From assembly GCA_043826435.1 (NCBI GenBank), contig JBDRQF010000046.1, forward strand, positions 1 through 11,689: DNA of 11,689 nt, in the 5' to 3' direction. Of this stretch, positions 1-10,027 are shown one piece after another; the first letter of the stretch is position 1; every line of letters begins with the position of its first letter. Origin of the DNA: Elusimicrobiota bacterium. GTDB lineage: Bacteria; Elusimicrobiota; Endomicrobiia; CG1-02-37-114; JAHJSO01. The position numbers and the translations under genes are program-made. The notes beneath the pieces were generated by a model that saw only the letters and a program-made list of their open reading frames with translations, was not told the origin of the DNA and searched no databases.

Positions 1-2
1 GC

Positions 3-398
3 GCCGGCATAAAGGACGTGCGTTCCGCATCAACCGTCCCCGGCACGATCAAACTGGACGAGAAAAAGATATCCACGATATTTGACGAGGGTATGACTTT
101 CTATATTGCAGGCAAGTACGACGAGGCGATAGCGAAGTTCGACATAATAGTTGACAACGTCCCCGACCACTCAAAGGCGAAGGACATGCTCAATAAGTGC
201 CATGCAGAGAAGAAGAAGAAAGAAACCGTGCAGAAAGAAAGAATGAAAGAACACTACACACTGGGCGTAACCTACTACCGCCTTGGCAAGTATAACGACT
301 CGCTCAAAGAGTTTGAGTCGCTCCTGAAGATAGACCCCAACCACAAACAGTCCCTCCGCATGGTTGAAGAGTTAAAGAAAAAACTAAAGAAAAAATAA
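3..398 (+). CDS. Tetratricopeptide-repeat protein, C-terminal part (frame open to the left window edge, probably 5'-truncated)
   Basis: Two TPR-like units: FDEGMTFYIAGKYDEAIAKFDIIVDNVPDH and YTLGVTYYRLGKYNDSLKEFESLLKIDPNH. No stop codon between the window edge and the GTG at 18. Confidence 0.75.
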   Translation, partial: AGIKDVRSASTVPGTIKLDEKKISTIFDEGMTFYIAGKYDEAIAKFDIIVDNVPDHSKAKDMLNKCHAEKKKKETVQKERMKEHYTLGVTYYRLGKYNDSLKEFESLLKIDPNHKQSLRMVEELKKKLKKK

Positions 399-437
399 AA
401 ACATACCTAATAGGTCGTTCATTCTTCCCCGCTCAGG

Positions 438-467
438 TTGACTCCGGCGTATATATTTTTGTATAAT
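438..467 (+). promoter_or_regulatory. Sigma70-type promoter for the pgm-ligase-eno-ftsB operon
   Basis: TTGACT (438-443), 18-nt spacer, TATAAT (462-467), about 50 nt before the ATG at 515. Confidence 0.6.
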
Positions 468-514
468 AGAACCTGCCGTGGGACAAGTACCATATCTGAA
501 ACCCGGAAACTGAA

Positions 515-1944
515 ATGATAAAAATCAAATTCGGCACAAGCGGTTGGAGAGACATAATAGCGCACAACTTCACCAACCAGAACGTCCGGGTAGTTACGCA
601 ATCAATCGCCGACTACGTCAAAAGTAAATCCGCGCCGGGGACACGGCCCGCCGTCATTATCGGATACGACACAAGGTTTATGTCTGAAGATTTTGCAAAG
701 GTTTCCGCCTGCGTGCTTGCAGCGAACGGCGTCATTGCGGTTTACTGCAAGCGGGACACACCGACGCCGGTCATCGCCTATGAAATCATAAGGAACGGTT
801 ATGCCGGCGGAATAAACTTTACCGCAAGCCACAACCCCTTTGAATACAACGGGATAAAATTTTCGCCGTCATGGGGCGGCCCCGCTCTCCCTGAAACCAC
901 CGACGCAATTGAGAACAGGTGTAATGAAATTTTAATGAACCCTCAACGCATAAGGGAAACTCCATGGGAAGAGGGCAGGAAGAAAAAACTTATAAAGGAA
1001 ACAAACCCGCAGGAGACGTTCCTGAAAAGGATAAAGGAACTCGTTGACATTAAGGCAATAAAAAAATCACGACTGAAAACCGGCATTGACCTCCTCTATG
1101 GTACCGCGAAGGGATACCTGGACGAACTCCTTTTTTCAGCAGGGCTGAAACCTATTATACTTCACAACTACAGGGACGTCCTGTTCGGTGGCCACAGGCC
1201 TGAACCGGACGAGGAACGGCTTCAGGAACTAAAAAAAATCATACTTGAAAAGGGGCTGCACCTTGGTATGGCATGCGACGGGGATGCCGACAGATTCGGC
1301 ATACTTGATTCGGACGGGACTTACATAACCCCGAACGAGGTGGTCTCGCTGGCGCTGTATCATCTGATAAAAACCAGAGCATGGAAAGGCGTGGTCGTCC
1401 GCTCGGTAATGACCACGCATTTTATTGACGCGATTGCGCGGCGCTACGGGATTGAAGTCAGGGAAACGCCGGTCGGTTTTAAATTCATCGGTGAAATAAT
1501 GACAAACGAACCCGGCAGTTTTATCATAGGCGGAGAGGAATCAGGCGGGCTTACAATCAGGGGGCACGTGCCGGAAAAAGACGGCATCCTTGCGTGCATG
1601 CTCATCGCAGAAATGTGCTCAATAGAAAAAAAATCAATCCGGCGGATTATATCCGATATAAGCAAACAGGTCGGGCATTTCATCACAAAAAGAATAAACT
1701 TCTCCCTGACGCCCGAAATCATTGAACGGCTTAAAACACGGCTTAAGGATAATCCTCCGACGGAATTCGCAAACGTTAAGGTAAAAGAGATTGTGACGGT
1801 TGACGGTTCAAAATTCCTGCTAGAAGACGGCAGCTGGGTGGGCATGCGGCTTAGCGGCACGGAGCCGGTCGTGCGACTGTACATTGAAACAAACACCCGT
1901 GAGAAGTTATCGCTGCTGCGAGGTGCGAGCGAGAAAATAATAAA

Positions 1945-1948
<4 letters not shown>
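515..1948 (+). CDS. Phosphoglucomutase/phosphomannomutase family (alpha-D-phosphohexomutase)
   Basis: KFGTSGWR, catalytic TASHNP, metal-binding DGDADR, sugar-binding GEESGG and phosphate-binding RLSGTEP motifs. Confidence 0.95.
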
Positions 1949-5153
<3,205 letters not shown>

Positions 5154-5175
5154 TTGACACATTACGGGCATCGGC

Positions 5176-5469
5176 ATGGGCATCGGCTTTAAAAAAAAAT
5201 TTCCAAGGTACCTGAAATTCGCAGCGGTTGTCTTTGCGATTTTGCTTCTCACACTGAACAGGGGTTTCCGGAATCTCGTCAAAAGGAAATTCCAGCAGAT
5301 TAAACTTGAGAGGGAAATAAGCGAAATTAAAAGGGAAAGGACGCAAATCCGGAAAGAGATCCATCTCCTTGAAAACGACGAATCATACAGGAAACACCTG
5401 ATACGCAAACACCTGGGTTATGCCCTACCGGGTGAATACGAGTTCAGGATACGGGTATCAACAAAATAG
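5176..5469 (+). CDS. Septum formation initiator family protein (FtsB/DivIC-like)
   Basis: Basic N-terminus, one transmembrane helix, a coiled coil and the C-terminal IRKHLGYALPGE pattern. It lies directly after eno, a well-known gene order. Confidence 0.8.
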   Translation: MGIGFKKKFPRYLKFAAVVFAILLLTLNRGFRNLVKRKFQQIKLEREISEIKRERTQIRKEIHLLENDESYRKHLIRKHLGYALPGEYEFRIRVSTK

Positions 5470-5530
5470 GGTGTGCAACGGCAATCAGCAGGTGCATGCC
5501 GCCATTCGGGAGTTCGGGAGGGGGAATCTC

Positions 5531-6547
5531 TTGAATAAAATGATGCTGGCATTGAACGGGATTTTTGTGTTCGCTTGTATCGGCTGTTCCGCAGGAACAC
5601 CCGCAGGCAAACTGCCTGCCGACAGGCAACAATTTGAACCTGCCTACTTAAAACTACATAAAACAGGTGAACTGAAAAAACGCGGGGAACGATTGTGGGA
5701 AATGATGAAGTCATGCAAACTCTGTCCGAGGGAGTGCCGTGTAAACCGCCTTGCCGGAAAAAAGGGAATCTGCCGGGCGGATTCAAAACTTGTTGTCTCG
5801 TCGTATCATCCGCATTTTGGCGAAGAGAGACCGCTTGTTGGTAAATATGGTTCAGGGACGATATTTTTTTCTAACTGCTCACTCAGGTGCGTATTCTGCA
5901 TAAATTATGAAATAAGCCACCTGGGGGAGGGTAGTTCTACGGACATTGAAAAATTAGCGGACATGATGCTGGCACTTCAAAAAATTGGTTGTCATAATAT
6001 CAATCTCGTTACACCTACACATTATTCTGCACATATTATTCTTGCGGTTGATATAGCCGCGGGCAAAGGGTTACGATTACCCCTTGTTTACAATACCTGT
6101 GGCTGGGAACAAATGGAAATATTAAAATTGCTTGACGGAATAGTAGATATATACCTGCCTGACTTCAAATATTGGGACAGTAAAATGGCGGCAAAGTATT
6201 CAGCAGGTGCAGGAATTTATCCTGAGATTACAAAATCGGCAATAATGGAAATGCACCGTCAGGTAGGTGTAGCAAAACCTTCCAAAGATGGATTGATATA
6301 TAGAGGACTGATGATACGACATTTAGTTATGCCGAATAATGCCGGTGGTTCAATAAAGGTTGTTAAATGGATAGCGGAAAATCTTCCTAAGGATACCTAT
6401 CTTAATATTATGTCGCAATACAGACCAACTTATAAAGCGTTTGATTACCCGGAAATCTCCCGCAGGATAACCCGCCAGGAATATGAGGAAGTGGTCCAAA
6501 CTGCAAAAGAATCGGGACTTACAAACATTGAAATTCAAGGATATTAG
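5531..6547 (+). CDS. Radical SAM protein, PflX-like (putative PFL-activating-enzyme-like family), with a signal-peptide-like N-terminus; start at TTG 5531 or ATG 5540 rather than 5420
   Basis: CSLRCVFC (CxxxCxxC), N-terminal CKLCPRECRVNR...GIC, HFGEE, GSGTIFF, HNINLVTPTH, DIYLPDFKY, IRHLVMP and NIMSQYRP. GGAGG at 5517-5521 precedes TTG 5531. Confidence 0.88.
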   Translation: MNKMMLALNGIFVFACIGCSAGTPAGKLPADRQQFEPAYLKLHKTGELKKRGERLWEMMKSCKLCPRECRVNRLAGKKGICRADSKLVVSSYHPHFGEERPLVGKYGSGTIFFSNCSLRCVFCINYEISHLGEGSSTDIEKLADMMLALQKIGCHNINLVTPTHYSAHIILAVDIAAGKGLRLPLVYNTCGWEQMEILKLLDGIVDIYLPDFKYWDSKMAAKYSAGAGIYPEITKSAIMEMHRQVGVAKPSKDGLIYRGLMIRHLVMPNNAGGSIKVVKWIAENLPKDTYLNIMSQYRPTYKAFDYPEISRRITRQEYEEVVQTAKESGLTNIEIQGY

Positions 6548-6634
6548 GAATAGGCTGTAAGTAATATCCTATCAGAAACTATAAGAGAATTTTTTGATAC
6601 AAGCAAGTGGAATCTCTACCCTGGCAAAACCCCC

Positions 6635-6663
6635 TTGACAAAATATTTAATAATTTGTATACT
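6635..6663 (+). promoter_or_regulatory. Sigma70-type promoter of the ATPase gene
   Basis: TTGACA (6635-6640), 17-nt spacer, TATACT (6658-6663). Confidence 0.75.
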
Positions 6664-6702
6664 ATGTCTAACAAAATATAGATATTTTTAGCAGGGGGAC
6701 AG

Positions 6703-7950
6703 ATGGAAAAATTATATGATAGAAAGATAGTCAAAAATGTTTTTAAATATATTGATTCTAAAAAAATTGTGGTGATACATGGTTCAAGACAGGTGGGGAA
6801 GACCACTATTATGAAACTCTTGATGAATAAGTTAGAAAAAAATATTCCGAAAGAAAACATTGTTTATTTTGACCTTGAGGATTTTGTTTTACTGGATTTG
6901 TTTAATCGTGGTGCCGGAGAAGTATTTGACTATCTTAATGGGTTAAAGTTCAACAAGAATTTCAGTAGATACATGTTCGTTGATGAAATTCAATACCTGG
7001 ATAATCCTTCCGGTTTCTTAAAGTTGTTTAATGACCGATATAAAGAACAAATTCAGATGGTGGTGAGTGGTTCCTCAAGTTTCAGGATAAAATCAAAATT
7101 CAAAGATTCTTTAGTAGGTAGAACAGTTGATTTTGAAGTGTTTGGTTTAGATTTTGAAGAGTATCTTGAATTCAAAGAACTACCATTTAATTTGAGACAT
7201 ATCCGGAGTGATATAATGCATAAAGAAATCAGTCAGCATTTCAGCGATTATATTATTCACAGCGCTTATCCGGGCGTTGTTCTGGAAAAAAATTTAGAGA
7301 AAAAAGAAAAATATTTGAAACAGATCATTTCTACTTATATCAAAAAGGACATCAAAGACATCGCTCATATAAAAAATATTACAAAGTTTAACAATTTACT
7401 TAGAATTTTATCGGAACGCTCTTGCAATCTTTTAAACATTCTTGAACTTTCCAATATTTTGGGTATAACCCGCGGAACTGTTCAAGAGTATCTTTTGATT
7501 CTGGAAAACACCTATATTATTAAACTTTTAACTCCGTTCTTTCGGAAGATAAAAACAGAATTGGTAAAAATGCCCAAAAATTTTTTTGAAGATACTGGAA
7601 TTATGATTCTTTTAAATTATTTAGGATTCATTAAAAAGATTAACAGCCAGATTCTGGAAAATGCTTTTTATACTATGCTGAGAAAAAAAAATCCCGTAGA
7701 GAATATTCATTACTGGCGGACGTTGAGCGGCCAGGAAATTGATTTTGTCGTAGAAAAAGGAAAAACGAATTTTTTAGCATTTGAGATAAAGTTAAACTAT
7801 ACAGGCCAGTCCTTAAATAATTTAAGGACCTTTACAGAAAAATATAAAAAGGTTAGTTCATATATCATTACTCTGCAGAAAGCAAAAGAAAGCAAAAACA
7901 ATAATGTAAAGGTTATCTATCCCTGGGAAATTTATAATCTGCCCGAGTAA
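6703..7950 (+). CDS. AAA_14 ATPase with DUF4143 / C-terminal PD-(D/E)XK-like domain (COG1373-type ATP-binding protein)
   Basis: Walker A GSRQVGKTT, Walker B MFVDEIQY, SGSSS, LVGR, PKNFFEDTG and YWRT..GQEIDFVV...AFEIK. Confidence 0.9.
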   Translation: MEKLYDRKIVKNVFKYIDSKKIVVIHGSRQVGKTTIMKLLMNKLEKNIPKENIVYFDLEDFVLLDLFNRGAGEVFDYLNGLKFNKNFSRYMFVDEIQYLDNPSGFLKLFNDRYKEQIQMVVSGSSSFRIKSKFKDSLVGRTVDFEVFGLDFEEYLEFKELPFNLRHIRSDIMHKEISQHFSDYIIHSAYPGVVLEKNLEKKEKYLKQIISTYIKKDIKDIAHIKNITKFNNLLRILSERSCNLLNILELSNILGITRGTVQEYLLILENTYIIKLLTPFFRKIKTELVKMPKNFFEDTGIMILLNYLGFIKKINSQILENAFYTMLRKKNPVENIHYWRTLSGQEIDFVVEKGKTNFLAFEIKLNYTGQSLNNLRTFTEKYKKVSSYIITLQKAKESKNNNVKVIYPWEIYNLPE

Positions 7951-8084
7951 TGAACAATATATCCCCGCTGTATTAAACTTGTATACCGATTGAAAGACCC
8001 CGCAGAACAACATTCCATACAGTTTATATTCAAAAGAAAAAACCATCAAACAGACAATTAAGCGGTAGAAAAAATAAATTTCTC

Positions 8085-8113
8085 TTGATTTTTCTTTGAA
8101 ACTTTGTTATACT
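8085..8113 (+). promoter_or_regulatory. Sigma70-type promoter (duplicate of the TA promoter)
   Basis: TTGATT, 17-nt spacer, TATACT with a TGn extension. Confidence 0.65.
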
Positions 8114-8153
8114 ATTATTGCTGAAAGTTGTTTTCTAACAAGAGGTGAAAAAA

Positions 8154-8238
8154 ATGTCCGCTTTAACAAAAAATCAAGTCAGAGTTCCAGCCAATGAGTT
8201 ATCTAACCAATGAGTTATCTAAAGTCCTAAGAGCATAC
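8154..8238 (+). pseudogene. Truncated, frameshifted paralog of the antitoxin at 9528
   Basis: Reads MSALTKNQVRVPANELS, then a 16-bp tandem duplication (CCAATGAGTTATCTAA, 8191-8206 and 8207-8222) gives NQ-stop. The shifted frame continues KVLRAY. The intact copy reads MPTLTKNQVRVPANELSKILKAY. Confidence 0.9.
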
Positions 8239-8272
8239 TGTAATTGCAGGAAAAATTCTTTTAAGAAATCTA

Positions 8273-8301
8273 TTGACAAAACTATGAAAATATGTTATAA
8301 G
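8273..8301 (+). promoter_or_regulatory. Strong sigma70-type promoter of the repeat-RNA/NYN module
   Basis: TTGACA (8273-8278), 17-nt spacer, TATAAG (8296-8301) with a TGn extension. Predicted +1 is about 8308-8309. Confidence 0.75.
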
Positions 8302-8308
8302 ATATTAG

Positions 8309-8391
8309 AATTAACTCCTCAATATCGCTTCGGCGATGTTGAGCTAATTAACTCCCCAGTTTCGCTTCGGCGACACTGGGTTTTCTTTTTT
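8309..8391 (+). ncRNA. Candidate ~80-nt structured RNA/leader of two 37-nt repeats, each AAUUAACUC plus an 11-bp stem with a UUCG tetraloop
   Basis: Unit 1 is AATTAACTCCTCAATATCGCTTCGGCGATGTTGAGCT (8309-8345). Unit 2 is AATTAACTCCCCAGTTTCGCTTCGGCGACACTGGGTT (8346-8382). The stems show compensatory substitutions. The RNA is bounded by a promoter and a U-tract. Confidence 0.7.
8355..8391 (+). terminator. Intrinsic terminator formed by the second repeat, upstream of the NYN gene
   Basis: CCCAGTTTCGC-TTCG-GCGACACTGGG hairpin followed by TTTTCTTTTTT. Confidence 0.8.
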
Positions 8392-8412
8392 AGATAACGA
8401 GGTACGCTGGAT

Positions 8413-8991
8413 ATGGTTAAGAATATTAAACAGGACAGGGTAATGATATTTATTGACGGTAGCAATCTATATCATGGACTAAAAGGCAATATCGGAAAAA
8501 CAAATATTGACCTTAAAAAATTTGCTAATTTACTTTGTGGTGCAGACAGAAGGCTCGTGCATATTCATTATTATAATGTTCCTATAAATCAAAAAGAAGT
8601 GCCAGAAGGATATGCCAAACAGCAGCGATTTTTTAGTAGATTAGGAAATATACCATATTTCACATTACATCTGGGTAGATTAGTAAAAAGAGTAAAAACT
8701 GAAATCTGTCCGGCTTGTAAAACCGAATTTCAAAAAATTATTCATACTGAAAAGGGTGTTGATATACAGATTGCCTCTCATATGTCAGTTTATGCTTATG
8801 ATAATGCGTATGATGTAGCAATATTAGTCAGTGGTGATGGGGACTTCGTTCCTGTTGTTGAAGAAGTAAAACGATTTGGAAAAATCGTAGAAAATGCTTA
8901 TTTTCCTCAGAAACCGATGAGTTATCTCTCTCGTAGTTGTGATAAGTTTATTCTACTGACAAAAGATTTTCTGAGCGATTGTTTAATATAG
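8413..8991 (+). CDS. NYN domain protein (LabA/DUF88, PIN-like fold), predicted ribonuclease
   Basis: RVMIFIDGSNLY, EKGVDIQIA and AILVSGDGDFVPVV...GKIV, with acidic catalytic residues intact. GAGG RBS at 8399-8402. Confidence 0.92.
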   Translation: MVKNIKQDRVMIFIDGSNLYHGLKGNIGKTNIDLKKFANLLCGADRRLVHIHYYNVPINQKEVPEGYAKQQRFFSRLGNIPYFTLHLGRLVKRVKTEICPACKTEFQKIIHTEKGVDIQIASHMSVYAYDNAYDVAILVSGDGDFVPVVEEVKRFGKIVENAYFPQKPMSYLSRSCDKFILLTKDFLSDCLI

Positions 8992-9041
8992 TTCTTTGAC
9001 GCTGACTTTGTGAGGTAATTACAAGGTGTTTTTCTCAAAGA
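8991..9041 (+). repeat. Right-flank repeat, copy 1; copy 2 is 10028-10078
   Basis: GTTCTTTGACGCTGACTTTGTGAGGTAATTACAAGGTGTTTTTCTCAAAGA versus GTTCTTTGTATCTGATTTTGTGAAGTGCTTACAAGGTCTTTTTCTTAAAGA: 42/51 identical, ungapped (hand count). Confidence 0.9.
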
Positions 9042-9121
9042 GGAAAAATCTTCTAACCAGTGACTTAAGGAGAAGGCTATCGCTTGTGATTTGGGCGATG
9101 GTCATTCTCGGTTTTCGTTAC

Positions 9122-9326
9122 TGCACTGCCCCATATGATTTTATACCAGTCGGTATCTACTTTTTCGACTTCCAATTTTCATAAAACTGCCTGGGTGTAA
9201 GCATTTTCAAGGAACCATGAGGAGCCCTTGTATGATAATCCTCAATGCCACTTGCATCTCTTCCATGGTGCCCCTCCTTTCTATTTATACCATTTTACTG
9301 GTATAAAAATCAAGCGGAGCATTACA
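9122..9326 (-). mobile_element. 205-bp internally deleted IS3-family element (MITE-like remnant)
   Basis: TG...CA ends and imperfect terminal IRs TGCACTGCCCCATATGATTTTATACCAGT (9122-9150) and TGTAATGCTCCGCTTGATTTTTATACCAGT (reverse complement of 9297-9326). Minus-strand AAAGGAGG plus ATG at 9266. Minus-strand peptide IEDYHTRAPHGSLKMLTPRQFYENWKSKK* (9246-9157) matches the YN..RPHSSL...TP end of IS3-type integrase cores. Confidence 0.8.
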
Positions 9327-9383
9327 ATAAAAAATACACCCCCGGCAGAGTATCCTTAAATATCCAGGATTCCTTCCATAACC

Positions 9384-9412
9384 TTGATATTCCTGTAAAA
9401 AAGAGTTATAAT
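9384..9412 (+). promoter_or_regulatory. Additional sigma70-type promoter upstream of the TA pair
   Basis: TTGATA (9384-9389), 17-nt spacer, TATAAT (9407-9412). Confidence 0.6.
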
Positions 9413-9450
9413 TTATTCAAGTTGGCAGATATTTCTATAAATCATGAAAG

Positions 9451-9596
9451 AATTTCTCTTGATTTTTCTTTGAAACTTTGTTATACTATTATTGCTGAAA
9501 GTTGTTTTCTAACAAGAGGTGAAAAAAATGCCCACTTTAACAAAGAATCAAGTCCGAGTTCCAGCCAATGAGTTATCTAAAATTCTAAAAGCATAC
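9451..9596 (+). repeat. Left-flank repeat, copy 2 (intact promoter, RBS and antitoxin start)
   Basis: Matches 8077-8238, lacking the 16-bp duplication. Confidence 0.95.
9459..9487 (+). promoter_or_regulatory. Sigma70-type promoter of the TA operon
   Basis: TTGATT (9459-9464), 17-nt spacer, TATACT (9482-9487) with a TGn extension. Confidence 0.7.
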
Positions 9597-9743
9597 AACA
9601 CAATCGGTGAGTTTTTAGAGAATTTTCTTGATAGACGTGTATTGTATAAAGAAAAATTCTTACGGGGTCTTGACCATGCAATAAAAGAAGTTGCTCACGG
9701 CAAAACAAAAAGAGTCAAAAATTTTACTGATTTTGTTTCCTGA
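9528..9743 (+). CDS. Putative type II antitoxin (71 aa)
   Basis: Small gene directly upstream of a RelE-like toxin. AGAGGTG RBS favours ATG 9528 over GTG 9519. The C-terminal FLRGLDHAIKEVAHGKTKRV resembles toxin-binding tails of RelE-partner antitoxins. Confidence 0.7.
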   Translation: MPTLTKNQVRVPANELSKILKAYNTIGEFLENFLDRRVLYKEKFLRGLDHAIKEVAHGKTKRVKNFTDFVS

Positions 9744-9752
9744 TGCCCTCTA

Positions 9753-10022
9753 ATGCGAAAAATTGAAAAGACATCTGTATTCACCAGAGACCTGCGGAGA
9801 CTATCTGAAAACATACAAAAAGAAGTGTGGGAAGTTGCTCTCCAATTAAGAGAAAATATATTTGATATACGACTGCAAATAAAAAAATTAGAAGGACACA
9901 AAAAACTCTGGCGAGTTACAGTCCAAAAAGATTACCGTATGATTTATACTTTTGATAGTGAATGTGTATATCTTCTCCGAATAAAACACAGAAAAGATAT
10001 TTATAAGTTGCAGATAACATAA
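9753..10022 (+). CDS. Type II toxin, RelE/ParE superfamily (RelE/StbE-like mRNA interferase)
   Basis: 89 aa with F.RDLRRL, IKKLEG...WRV.V..DYRMIY and LLRIKHRKDIY patterns. Confidence 0.88.
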   Translation: MRKIEKTSVFTRDLRRLSENIQKEVWEVALQLRENIFDIRLQIKKLEGHKKLWRVTVQKDYRMIYTFDSECVYLLRIKHRKDIYKLQIT

Positions 10023-10027
10023 AATTT

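Larger units (their letters stand above)
8077..8238 (+). repeat. Left-flank repeat, copy 1 (promoter, RBS and antitoxin 5' end); copy 2 is 9451-9596
   Basis: 8077-8156 is identical to 9451-9530 (80 bp). Similarity continues with substitutions to GCATAC at 8238/9596. Confidence 0.95.

Noticed and set aside
5154..5159. TTGACA after the eno stop as an internal promoter
   Set aside because: There is no -10-like hexamer at 16-18 nt spacing.
5420..5530. Extended N-terminus of the radical SAM ORF from ATG 5420
   Set aside because: It overlaps the FtsB-like gene by 50 nt, and a good RBS lies before TTG 5531/ATG 5540.
8309..8382. CRISPR interpretation of the 37-nt palindromic repeats
   Set aside because: The units are directly adjacent with no spacer and differ within the stems.
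8194..8397. 67-aa ORF from the ORF track
   Set aside because: It is a by-product of the 16-bp duplication. It runs through the antitoxin remnant, a promoter, two hairpins and a terminator.
9207..9266. 19-aa hydrophobic minus-strand ORF (MEEMQVALRIIIQGLLMVP) with a strong RBS as a type I toxin
   Set aside because: It is better explained as the IS orfA start fused out of frame to the orfB tail by the internal deletion.
9245..9571. 108-aa plus-strand ORF
   Set aside because: It crosses an IS end, two promoters and the antitoxin start, with no RBS or recognisable motif.
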